The translations under genes were made by a program, and so were the position numbers. DNA of 64,000 bases, from assembly GCA_020628095.1 (NCBI GenBank), contig JAHDFP010000011.1, positions 72,706 to 136,705 of the forward strand, written 5' to 3'. Below the pieces are notes generated by a model, which saw nothing but the letters and a program-made list of their open reading frames with translations, made no database searches and had not been told where the DNA came from. The stretch comes from Saprospiraceae bacterium (GTDB lineage Bacteria > Bacteroidota > Bacteroidia > Chitinophagales > Saprospiraceae). Shown here in pieces: positions 8,859 to 16,968 of the stretch. The stretch's first letter is position 1; every line of letters starts with the position of its first letter.

Positions 8859-10646
8859 GTGATGTCTTTATTACAAAAAATTGGATTGACTTTGTTCTTA
8901 TGCGCTTTGGCGATATTCACATTGACATTGGGTCTCAACAAATTTACGCTCACGTCAGAGTCACTCGCCGTGGATAAAGAGGTCCATAGGGAGAGTATAA
9001 TATCTATGGCTAGGGATATGGGTATGCTCGATAAAACATATCAGAATCAATTTGCCTTCGTATCAGACCTGAAAAAATGTATCAAAGCATCACAATTAGA
9101 ACTTAGCGCCAGTTACGATAATGCAGAATATAAGGGATCAGAATGGGATTATAAAATAGGAGACTGGGCCATCAAGGATTACATATTACCCACTGTACAA
9201 AAGTCAGGTCATGGTATGGTCTCAGATAATAAAGGTCTCTTTTTATTATTGACATTTGGTCTAGGGATATTAGGTGGCCTGATATTTATCTTACCAAAAT
9301 TTATGGAACAACCTGGGATAAAAAATGATAACATCTATCATGATCCCCTGACGAGAGGAATGAATTATAATATAAGAACAGGATTGCTCATTACCTCCAT
9401 AATCGGCATCCTTGTCTACGGAATTTTCTATACGTCTGGAAATGTCTTACTACCCATATTATCCGCCATTGTCATCTTGATAATTATAGGATTGGTTTTC
9501 ATATATCAAAAAGAAAAAAACAGAAAATCCCCACGGTCCGCTTCCGCCAAGGTTATTGGTTGGTTAGGACTTGTTGCGGGTATATATCTTATCATTTTTT
9601 ACATCCTATTATACTGGAAACCTGAGTATATAACTAACTGGATGACGATAGTAGATCCTGTTAGCGAAAAACTCAATGGTGGAGCCGCGAGCCAATGGTT
9701 CCTATACGGACTAATGTATACTGTCATTGTCCTTGTCATGGGAGTGAGGATGATATCTAAGTATCGACATAACCGCTACCAAATTATCAGGACATTATCC
9801 GTGATGTTCTTTCAGACGGCTATTGCATTTTTGTTACCAGAGATACTGACACGTCTTAATTACCCCTACTACGATTTCAAAAATATATGGCCGCTTAATT
9901 ATACTTTTTTCTTTGATTGGAATATTAAAAATCTGATAGCTAGCGGTGGTCTCGGAATTTTTATGCTGGTATGGGGTATCGTCCTCATCGTTTTGGCAGT
10001 GCCTATCATTACCTATTTCTTTGGTAAGAGATGGTATTGCTCTTGGGTATGTGGCTGTGGTGGATTAGCGGAGACAATGGGTGACCCGTTCAGGCAGTTA
10101 TCCGATAAGAGTGTGAGGGCGTGGAGATTTGAGAGATGGATAATACATGCCGTTTTGGTCTTTGCGGTGGTGATGACTTTGATGGTGCTCTATCATTATT
10201 TTACGGGTAGGCAACAGGTTCTATTTCTTAATAGTGATTCTATCAGATCCTGGTATGGGTTTTTGATTGGGTCAGCTTTTGCGGGTGTTGTGGGGACAGG
10301 ATTTTATCCGCTTATGGGTAATCGTGTATGGTGTCGCTATGGATGTCCATTAGCCGCTTATCTCGGCCTCGTGCAACGATTCAAATCAAGATTTAGAATT
10401 ACGACTAATGGAGGGCAATGTATATCTTGTGGTAATTGTTCTACATACTGTGAGATGGGCATAGATGTGAGACATTATGCACAGCGAGGTCAGGATATAG
10501 TCAGATCATCATGTGTAGGATGCGGTGTCTGTGCGGCTGTCTGTCCGAGAGGTGTACTGAGACTGGAGAATGCGAGTGCCGATGTCAACCAAAGGACTGA
10601 AGATCTCAGAACAGTACACATAGAAGATTTAATCAACGCTCAATAA
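8859..10646 (+). CDS. Polytopic membrane 4Fe-4S polyferredoxin (NapH/YccM/CcoG-like)
   Basis: It starts (GTG 8859 or ATG 8862) immediately after the upstream stop. It has many TM segments and cysteine motifs (CSWVCGCGG and WCRYGCP). Two classical ferredoxin motifs are present: CISCGNCSTYC and CVGCGVCAAVCP. Confidence 0.8.
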   Translation: MMSLLQKIGLTLFLCALAIFTLTLGLNKFTLTSESLAVDKEVHRESIISMARDMGMLDKTYQNQFAFVSDLKKCIKASQLELSASYDNAEYKGSEWDYKIGDWAIKDYILPTVQKSGHGMVSDNKGLFLLLTFGLGILGGLIFILPKFMEQPGIKNDNIYHDPLTRGMNYNIRTGLLITSIIGILVYGIFYTSGNVLLPILSAIVILIIIGLVFIYQKEKNRKSPRSASAKVIGWLGLVAGIYLIIFYILLYWKPEYITNWMTIVDPVSEKLNGGAASQWFLYGLMYTVIVLVMGVRMISKYRHNRYQIIRTLSVMFFQTAIAFLLPEILTRLNYPYYDFKNIWPLNYTFFFDWNIKNLIASGGLGIFMLVWGIVLIVLAVPIITYFFGKRWYCSWVCGCGGLAETMGDPFRQLSDKSVRAWRFERWIIHAVLVFAVVMTLMVLYHYFTGRQQVLFLNSDSIRSWYGFLIGSAFAGVVGTGFYPLMGNRVWCRYGCPLAAYLGLVQRFKSRFRITTNGGQCISCGNCSTYCEMGIDVRHYAQRGQDIVRSSCVGCGVCAAVCPRGVLRLENASADVNQRTEDLRTVHIEDLINAQ

Positions 10647-10663
10647 ATTAATAACAAAGAAAA

Positions 10664-11518
10664 TTGGAAGGTATAAATCAATCATTGCTGGACGCGTTTA
10701 TTAACGCATCACTAAGAGAGGATGTCAAAGATGGAGACCACACCTCATTAGCCTGTATAGATCCATTATCTAGAGATACAGCAAGGCTTATTGTCAAGGA
10801 TGAGGGAGTCATTGCAGGAATTGATTTCGCGGAATATGTATTTAATAAACTGGATGATTCCGTTGGGTTTAACCGATTGCTAAAAGATGGCGATAAAGTG
10901 TCTCATGGAGATATAGCCTTTGAAGTAGAATGCAACTCCCAAGCCTTGCTCAAGGGAGAGCGTCTTGTCCTTAATACAATGCAGAGACTCAGTGGTGTGT
11001 CTAGCATGGCTCGGAAGTTTCGGGATCTAGTACATGATCTTCCAGTGACTATATTGGATACTAGAAAAACGACGCCGCTGATGAGGTTTTTGGAAAAATG
11101 GGCGGTAAGAATAGGTGGTTGCACTAACTATCGAGATGGACTCTACGACTGGATCATGATAAAAGATAATCATGTCGTTGCCTGTGGTAGTATCACTAAG
11201 GCCATACAGAAAGTGAAGGCCTACCTCAAGGAAAATAACAAACAACTGGGCATCACTGTAGAAGTGAGAAACCTAGAAGAACTAAGAGAGGCAATGAAAG
11301 AGGGCGGAATAACGCGTATTATGCTAGATAATTTCGAACTGGGGATGCTTAAGGAGGCAGTGAAAATTATCGACGGTCAATACGAGTCAGAAGCATCTGG
11401 AGGAGTGAACTTGTCTACTGTCAGAGCTATAGCGGAGACAGGCGTTAATTTTATTTCAGTAGGGGCACTGACGCATAGTGCCGGGTCTCTTGATATGAGT
11501 CTTAAGGTCAAGAAGTAG
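10664..11518 (+). CDS. nadC: Nicotinate-nucleotide diphosphorylase (carboxylating)
   Basis: 284 aa, with an apparent TTG start. It has a NadC-like N terminus (LREDVKDGDHTS), then TRKTTP, then IMIKDNH and a C-terminal ISVGALTHS. Confidence 0.88.
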   Translation: MEGINQSLLDAFINASLREDVKDGDHTSLACIDPLSRDTARLIVKDEGVIAGIDFAEYVFNKLDDSVGFNRLLKDGDKVSHGDIAFEVECNSQALLKGERLVLNTMQRLSGVSSMARKFRDLVHDLPVTILDTRKTTPLMRFLEKWAVRIGGCTNYRDGLYDWIMIKDNHVVACGSITKAIQKVKAYLKENNKQLGITVEVRNLEELREAMKEGGITRIMLDNFELGMLKEAVKIIDGQYESEASGGVNLSTVRAIAETGVNFISVGALTHSAGSLDMSLKVKK

Positions 11519-11556
11519 TAGCTGTACTCAGTCTAGAAGTATTCATAAAAAGAAAA

Positions 11557-11584
11557 ACCCTTGATCAAATTAATAACCAAGGGT
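11557..11584. terminator. Candidate bidirectional terminator hairpin
   Basis: A 7-bp stem (ACCCTTG / CAAGGGT) closes a 14-nt loop. It is preceded by the A-rich AAAAAGAAAAA and followed by the T-rich ATTCTTTCCTTTC. It lies 39 nt after the nadC stop. Confidence 0.45.
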
Positions 11585-11605
11585 ATTCTTTCCTTTCGTA
11601 GGTGG

Positions 11606-11713
11606 CTATCCTGGATAACTCATAATCAAGAATGTGAGTATTATACTGCAGAAAAAAGCCACCATCCAGAATCGTAAATCTTTAAGCAGATTTTCGTTTT
11701 CGTTATGGATCAT
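11606..11713 (-). CDS. Candidate 35-aa membrane peptide (MIHNENENLLKDLRFWMVAFFCSIILTFLIMSYPG)
   Basis: An ATG-to-TAG ORF in the 447-bp gap between convergent nadC and pyrD. It has a polar N terminus and one hydrophobic segment. There is no homology evidence. Confidence 0.2.
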   Translation of the reverse strand: MIHNENENLLKDLRFWMVAFFCSIILTFLIMSYPG

Positions 11714-11814
11714 GTTAGAAAGAGAGTTTTGGTTATTAAAGAGAGTATTCGACATATCATGCCCACGTTCTCTTTAATGCCAAAAAGGATACCATAGCAA
11801 TAATTCCTTATATG

Positions 11815-11842
11815 ATAATCACTATCCAATCATAGTGATTAT
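11815..11842. other. Perfect 11-bp inverted repeat (ATAATCACTAT / ATAGTGATTAT) with a 6-nt loop
   Basis: Read directly from the sequence, in the nadC/pyrD convergent gap. There is no adjacent T-run on either strand. Confidence 0.3.
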
Positions 11843-11965
11843 TGGGTAGTCTTACTATTAGATAATATTGTAATTCATTAACCATTGATAGTGAGCTAGT
11901 ATTTAGGCTTTCACATCTAAGATTTTAATAATCTTACTTTTTTGGATAAGTAAAAAATACCTAAA

Positions 11966-13003
11966 TCATTTAGATGATAACAAGGCTTTTTTGATTCGTT
12001 TTATCATGGACGGACCTTGGTAAATCATACCTGAGTATATCTGGATAAGGTCAGCTCCAGCCTCTATCATGCCGATGGCATCTTTGGTCTCATAGATGCC
12101 GCCTACACCGATAATGGGTATACTTTTGTTCTTTGATCTGATATATCTGACTACCTCTATTGATCGATTATGGAGAGGGGCGCCGCTGAGTCCACCGTTA
12201 CCGATAGATTCTATTTTGTTGTCGGTAGTCTTTAGTCCTGATCTTGATATGGTGGTATTGGTCGCTATGATACCATCGACGTTTTCTTGCTCCAATATAT
12301 CTAATACATCGTCTATCTGACTTTCGCTAAGATCAGGGGCAATCTTTAGTAATACGGGTTTAGTCTTTTCTTTTTTGGATCTTAGTAAGATAATGTGTCG
12401 GAGAAGTTTTTGTAGGGGTTCTTTGTCCTGAAGAGACCTAAGGTCTGGAGTATTAGGTGAGCTCACATTGACCACGAAATAGTCTACATAAGGATACAAT
12501 TTTTCGAAGCATATTTCGTAATCGTCTATGGCGTTCTCATTAGGCGTTGTTTTGTTCTTACCGATATTACCGCCGATGACTATTTTGTTTTTCTTTCTTT
12601 TTTTTAGCCTTGCTACGAGGGCGTCGATACCCTCGTTATTGAACCCCATCCTATTGATAAGAGCGTTGTCTTTTGGTAGTCTAAAGAGTCTCTGCTTGGG
12701 ATTACCGATCTGCGGTCGGGGTGTTACAGTGCCGATCTCAATAAAGCCAAATCCCAGAGCGGACATATCTTCGCAGTACTTTCCATCTTTATCAAAACCA
12801 GCCGCTAAGCCTACAGGGTTAGTGAACTTAAGACCTAATACCTCTTTTTCTAATGACTTATTTTCATACAAAAATCTGCGCCTGATAAGATGGCTGAGGA
12901 TCGGTATAGAAAGAGAGATAGCAAATAGTCTAGTACTAAGATGATGGGCTTTCTCTGGATCAATCCTAAATAATAAAGGCTTAATTAGACTCTTGTAAAT
13001 CAA
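11966..13003 (-). CDS. pyrD: Dihydroorotate dehydrogenase (quinone), class 2
   Basis: 345 aa with a membrane-associated N terminus. Motifs: GLAAGFDK, GFIEIGTVTPRPQ.GNP.PR.FRL, NVSSPNTP.LR and GVGGI. Confidence 0.92.
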   Translation of the reverse strand: MIYKSLIKPLLFRIDPEKAHHLSTRLFAISLSIPILSHLIRRRFLYENKSLEKEVLGLKFTNPVGLAAGFDKDGKYCEDMSALGFGFIEIGTVTPRPQIGNPKQRLFRLPKDNALINRMGFNNEGIDALVARLKKRKKNKIVIGGNIGKNKTTPNENAIDDYEICFEKLYPYVDYFVVNVSSPNTPDLRSLQDKEPLQKLLRHIILLRSKKEKTKPVLLKIAPDLSESQIDDVLDILEQENVDGIIATNTTISRSGLKTTDNKIESIGNGGLSGAPLHNRSIEVVRYIRSKNKSIPIIGVGGIYETKDAIGMIEAGADLIQIYSGMIYQGPSMIKRIKKALLSSK

Positions 13004-13004
13004 T

Positions 13005-13691
13005 TTATTTTATCTCTGCTTTTAGTTTGTCTAGGTCTCTTATCAATAGTCTCTTTCTGTCAAAGGTAAGTATCTCATCATTTCTTAGCTCGTTCAGTAC
13101 GGTGGTTACCGTTTGTCTTGATGTAGCTGTTAGGTTAGCAATTTCTTGGTGCGTGATGAAGTTGCGCACAACCCATTCGTACCCTACGCGCTGACCTCTT
13201 TTGTTGACCATTTCTTCTAGGTACTCTATAATCCGACTGCGAGAATCTTTAAATACCAGAGACTCCAGTCTATTTTCCATCTCTATCATCTTAGACCCCA
13301 TGATCTTCATGAAGAAAAGACTCAGAGCACTATGATCTTTGATTAGAGATTTCATTTCTTCTGAGCTGATAGCGCATATTTCTGTATCCTCTACCGCTAT
13401 GGCATAATCATTTCTCTTCTCTTGACCTATCATGGCCAGTTCTCCGAATACCTCACCTTTGCTTATGATCGCCTTGGTTATTTCTTTTCCACTATCTGCA
13501 TAAGAACCTATTTTGACACGCCCCTCATTGATAAAATATATCTTATCACTAGCATCGTCGGGCATGTATATATAATCATCTTTCTTGACTTTCTTTACGT
13601 GATGCTCACCGAGTCCTTCTCCCATTTTTTTTGGACAGAATATGCCTCCTACATCTATATTTTCTAAGTACCAGATTGCTTTATTATCCAT
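13005..13691 (-). CDS. Crp/Fnr-family transcriptional regulator
   Basis: 228 aa with a cNMP-binding beta-barrel (GEVFGELAM) and a C-terminal HTH (ITHQEIANLTATSRQTVTTVLNEL). Its stop lies 1 nt before the pyrD start, so co-transcription is likely. Confidence 0.85.
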   Translation of the reverse strand: MDNKAIWYLENIDVGGIFCPKKMGEGLGEHHVKKVKKDDYIYMPDDASDKIYFINEGRVKIGSYADSGKEITKAIISKGEVFGELAMIGQEKRNDYAIAVEDTEICAISSEEMKSLIKDHSALSLFFMKIMGSKMIEMENRLESLVFKDSRSRIIEYLEEMVNKRGQRVGYEWVVRNFITHQEIANLTATSRQTVTTVLNELRNDEILTFDRKRLLIRDLDKLKAEIK

Positions 13692-13698
13692 GGTTCAA

Positions 13699-15447
13699 CT
13701 AGTTATTTTTGATTTTTAATTTGAACTCATCTACCAGTAATTGAAATTCTGGATTTTTTTCAAGTAACAAATCAAACTTTTCTTTAGTTGTCAAATGTCT
13801 TGGTTTTTTGGGTGGTGAGTAATTGGGGAATGTCTCAGGCGAGACCTCATAGTCTATTTTAGTATACTTATTGGCAAATTGTTCGTGGATTATCTCGAGT
13901 AAGCGACTTTCTTGCTTGACAAAATCCAGAAATACCTGATTAGGTGATAAGAAGGTAATGGTTTCTGGACTTATCTGTGGTTTGATATATCTCAGAGCAG
14001 AGCTGACGGACTTGGAGTCGGTTTCTTTTTTATACTCATCCAGCAATTGTTGGACACCTTCTTCTGAGAAGGTTAGGTCATCTCTTACTTTATTTTTTTT
14101 GGTTTCCCCTCCATTGATAAGATTATCCAGATCAGTGGAGATTGTCGGTATGGCGGTCTTGTTTATTGTGGGTTTGGGTGCGGTTGGATTGGTCGGTGGA
14201 GGTTGCGCTTTTATACTTTTGGGTTTGGATTCGGGGGCCGGAGTAGTCTTGGGCTCTTTTGGTTCTTCGTCGGAAGTGTCTTTGTCAGATGGAGTTGTTG
14301 TATTTTCTATCTTGATTTTAGGTTCTATTCGGTCTTCACTTTTTTTTTTATCTATAACTCTATTGAGGTAGCATATTTTGCTGAGAGCAATTTCTACGCT
14401 CAGTCTTTTGTTTTGTGATCTTGGTAAGTTGATATCACAATCGTTTAATACGGAAAGGCTAGATAATAAAAAAGAGGTCGTGGTCAAAGCCGCTTGACTT
14501 TCATATCTGGCAGTCAATGATTCTGCTACATCCAATATAGAAGCCGTCTTGACATCCCTTATCATCATCAGATCTCTGATATGCGCCATTAGTCCCAGCA
14601 CAAATTGCTCTGACTCAAAACCCTTCTGACAGATATCATGATAGGTGAGCATGATCTCTGGAAGATTTTCTTTGATAGCGGCATCCACGATTTGAAAATA
14701 GTATTCATAATCTAAGACATTAAGGCTGGTAGCGACTTCTTTATATGTAATATCGCCCTCCACGCTACTGACTACTTTATCAAAGATAGAGAGACCATCT
14801 CGCATAGCGCCATCCGCTTTTTGAGCGATAAGGTGGAGTGCATTGTCTTCTATGTTTCTATTTTCTTTCTTCGCTATTTCGGTTAGTTGTTCTACGATGT
14901 CCTTGATACGTAATCTTTTGAAATCGAAAATCTGACACCGTGACAAGATGGTCGGAATAATTTTATGCTTTTCCGTGGTTGCCAAAATGAATTTCGCATA
15001 AGGAGGCGGCTCTTCCAGAGTTTTCAGAAAGGCATTAAATGCAGCCTGAGATAACATGTGTACCTCATCTATGATATAGATCTTATATGATCCTTGCTGA
15101 GGCTGGAATCGGACCTGTTCGTTGAGTGCGCGTATATGTTCCACACTATTATTAGATGCGGCGTCTAGCTCAAATATATTGAACGAAGCATTTTCCTGAA
15201 ACGAAAGACACGAGCTACAGGCATTGCAAGCGATATAATCATCTTTGAGATCTTGGCAATTGAGTACTCTTGCCAGTATTCTGGCACTCGTTGTTTTGCC
15301 GACACCCCGAGGACCAGAAAAAAGAAATGCATGCGCTAATTGATCATTTTTCAAAGCACTCTTCAGCGTTTTGGCGATATGATCTTGGCCTACAAGTTCA
15401 TCAAAGTTCTGAGGTCTATATTTTCTGGCTGATACGACGAAGCTCAT
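13699..15447 (-). CDS. dnaX: DNA polymerase III subunit tau (possibly tau/gamma)
   Basis: 582 aa. It has Walker A (GPRGVGKTT), a Zn module (CNACSSC), Walker B (IIDEVHML) and sensor (SRCQIFDF). A Pro/Lys/Thr-rich linker and a C-terminal domain follow. Confidence 0.93.
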   Translation of the reverse strand: MSFVVSARKYRPQNFDELVGQDHIAKTLKSALKNDQLAHAFLFSGPRGVGKTTSARILARVLNCQDLKDDYIACNACSSCLSFQENASFNIFELDAASNNSVEHIRALNEQVRFQPQQGSYKIYIIDEVHMLSQAAFNAFLKTLEEPPPYAKFILATTEKHKIIPTILSRCQIFDFKRLRIKDIVEQLTEIAKKENRNIEDNALHLIAQKADGAMRDGLSIFDKVVSSVEGDITYKEVATSLNVLDYEYYFQIVDAAIKENLPEIMLTYHDICQKGFESEQFVLGLMAHIRDLMMIRDVKTASILDVAESLTARYESQAALTTTSFLLSSLSVLNDCDINLPRSQNKRLSVEIALSKICYLNRVIDKKKSEDRIEPKIKIENTTTPSDKDTSDEEPKEPKTTPAPESKPKSIKAQPPPTNPTAPKPTINKTAIPTISTDLDNLINGGETKKNKVRDDLTFSEEGVQQLLDEYKKETDSKSVSSALRYIKPQISPETITFLSPNQVFLDFVKQESRLLEIIHEQFANKYTKIDYEVSPETFPNYSPPKKPRHLTTKEKFDLLLEKNPEFQLLVDEFKLKIKNN

Positions 15448-15463
15448 AAAGGTTGCTAAGATA

Positions 15464-16807
15464 TTAATTAATGAGACTTGCCTTCAGATAATTTAGTTTT
15501 TCGAGAAGTTCCTTGTCATTGAGTTCTGACAGTATGGCTTGTTGTACGTGATAGAGCGCTTCATCTTTCATGCCGAGCCTATTTAGGATTTTGGCGCGGA
15601 CTAATCTTGTCTCAGGTAGGTCGATATATTTTTCTGCTTGTTCCGCCCAGGATAGTGCGACAACTAATTTCTCAGATTGATCAAAGAACTGTTCGCTTGT
15701 CTCTGAAAGTCTAGTGAACTCAGTTGCCCATTGGACCGCATATTTTCTTTTTTGTCTGATTTGGTTTTCAGTCTTATATATCGGCGTTTGGTAATCAAAC
15801 TTTGGCGCCAGACGTTTTTTATTTATTTGTCGGAGTCTATCCTTTTCTGTTATCATCTTAGGCGTGTAAGCGCTGAGATACTTACGGACTCTGATTTCTG
15901 CCTGAGCGAAGTATTCGTCCTGGTATTTGTGTTTTTTATAAAATTCTAAAAGTCGCTCGTTGTTTTCTTTGTCTGCACCGTTGAGATTTTTGCTATTGAT
16001 CCTGTCGTCAAAATCTAAATTGATCTGTACTAGTTCTAGCATGAGCTTGTGATCGTTAGAGTGCAATGCTCTCTTAAATTCTGCGTTGATATGTGATTTG
16101 ATTTTACTCTTTTGGTTGTTTCTGTTTTTGTGCGCATCGTAGTCCAGTTTGGTATTTGGAAAATGCTTCACGGCAAATTTTAACTGATTAAGATCATATA
16201 TGTTATCTATAACAACGGCTATCTCATCTTCTGACAGATCATTTTTATCTTGTAGATACTCATATAATTGTAAGTAGAGATCACGCTTCTTAGCAAACTT
16301 ATATCCAAGGTTATCCGATAAGAAATATGATATTTCGGAAAAGTCGGTCGGACTTTGCTTAAGTAATTTTTCGACTTGAGTCTTATGATCGGTCGATCCA
16401 AAATGTAGCACACTATGTCCTAATTTTATTAATTCGGAGCTTTTTAAAAATCCAGATCGCCGTTTGATGACCTTTCCGTCGGCGGTCATAAATAGAAAAG
16501 TAGGGTATCCTCTGACATCATATTTCCGTGCAAGAGGTGCGCCATCCTTGGACTCTGCATTCCACTTGACATTGATGAAATTATCATTCATAAATGAACC
16601 GACTTCTTTGTCCTGAAAGGTACGCTGGTCCATTTTCTTGCAGGGGCCGCACCATTTAGTATAAGTGTCGACGAAAATTATCTTGCCTTCATTAGCGGAT
16701 TGCTCAAGGGTTAGCTTCCAATCTTGATCTACAAAATCGACTTGAGCAAACATATTGCTCGTACATAAAGTGCAAAAAATCAGTAGAGAAGAAAATCGCT
16801 TACGCAT
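15464..16807 (-). CDS. Thioredoxin-fold protein with a helical/TPR-like C-terminal extension
   Basis: It has a signal peptide and a WCGPCKKM redox motif within a thioredoxin-like N-terminal domain. The C-terminal half is long and helical. It ends 16 nt upstream of dnaX. Confidence 0.7.
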   Translation of the reverse strand: MRKRFSSLLIFCTLCTSNMFAQVDFVDQDWKLTLEQSANEGKIIFVDTYTKWCGPCKKMDQRTFQDKEVGSFMNDNFINVKWNAESKDGAPLARKYDVRGYPTFLFMTADGKVIKRRSGFLKSSELIKLGHSVLHFGSTDHKTQVEKLLKQSPTDFSEISYFLSDNLGYKFAKKRDLYLQLYEYLQDKNDLSEDEIAVVIDNIYDLNQLKFAVKHFPNTKLDYDAHKNRNNQKSKIKSHINAEFKRALHSNDHKLMLELVQINLDFDDRINSKNLNGADKENNERLLEFYKKHKYQDEYFAQAEIRVRKYLSAYTPKMITEKDRLRQINKKRLAPKFDYQTPIYKTENQIRQKRKYAVQWATEFTRLSETSEQFFDQSEKLVVALSWAEQAEKYIDLPETRLVRAKILNRLGMKDEALYHVQQAILSELNDKELLEKLNYLKASLIN

Positions 16808-16968
16808 AATTCGCTATTTATCTAGATCAGGATAGATTAAGTTTCTAATGTCATGTAAATTTAGCCTAGAATAGCTAAGAAGAAATATCATTGGTATTAA
16901 TAAGCTTCGATAATAAAGCTAGTAATTTATTAGTTATTGAAAATCAGTTCTTTAGAAAATAAATATAG

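Noticed and set aside
12528-14418. Long antisense ORFs inside pyrD and dnaX (138, 137, 81 and 71 aa)
   Set aside because: Each lies opposite a gene with strong motifs. The sequences are low-complexity (e.g. the mirror of the dnaX P/K/T linker), and I recognise no motif.
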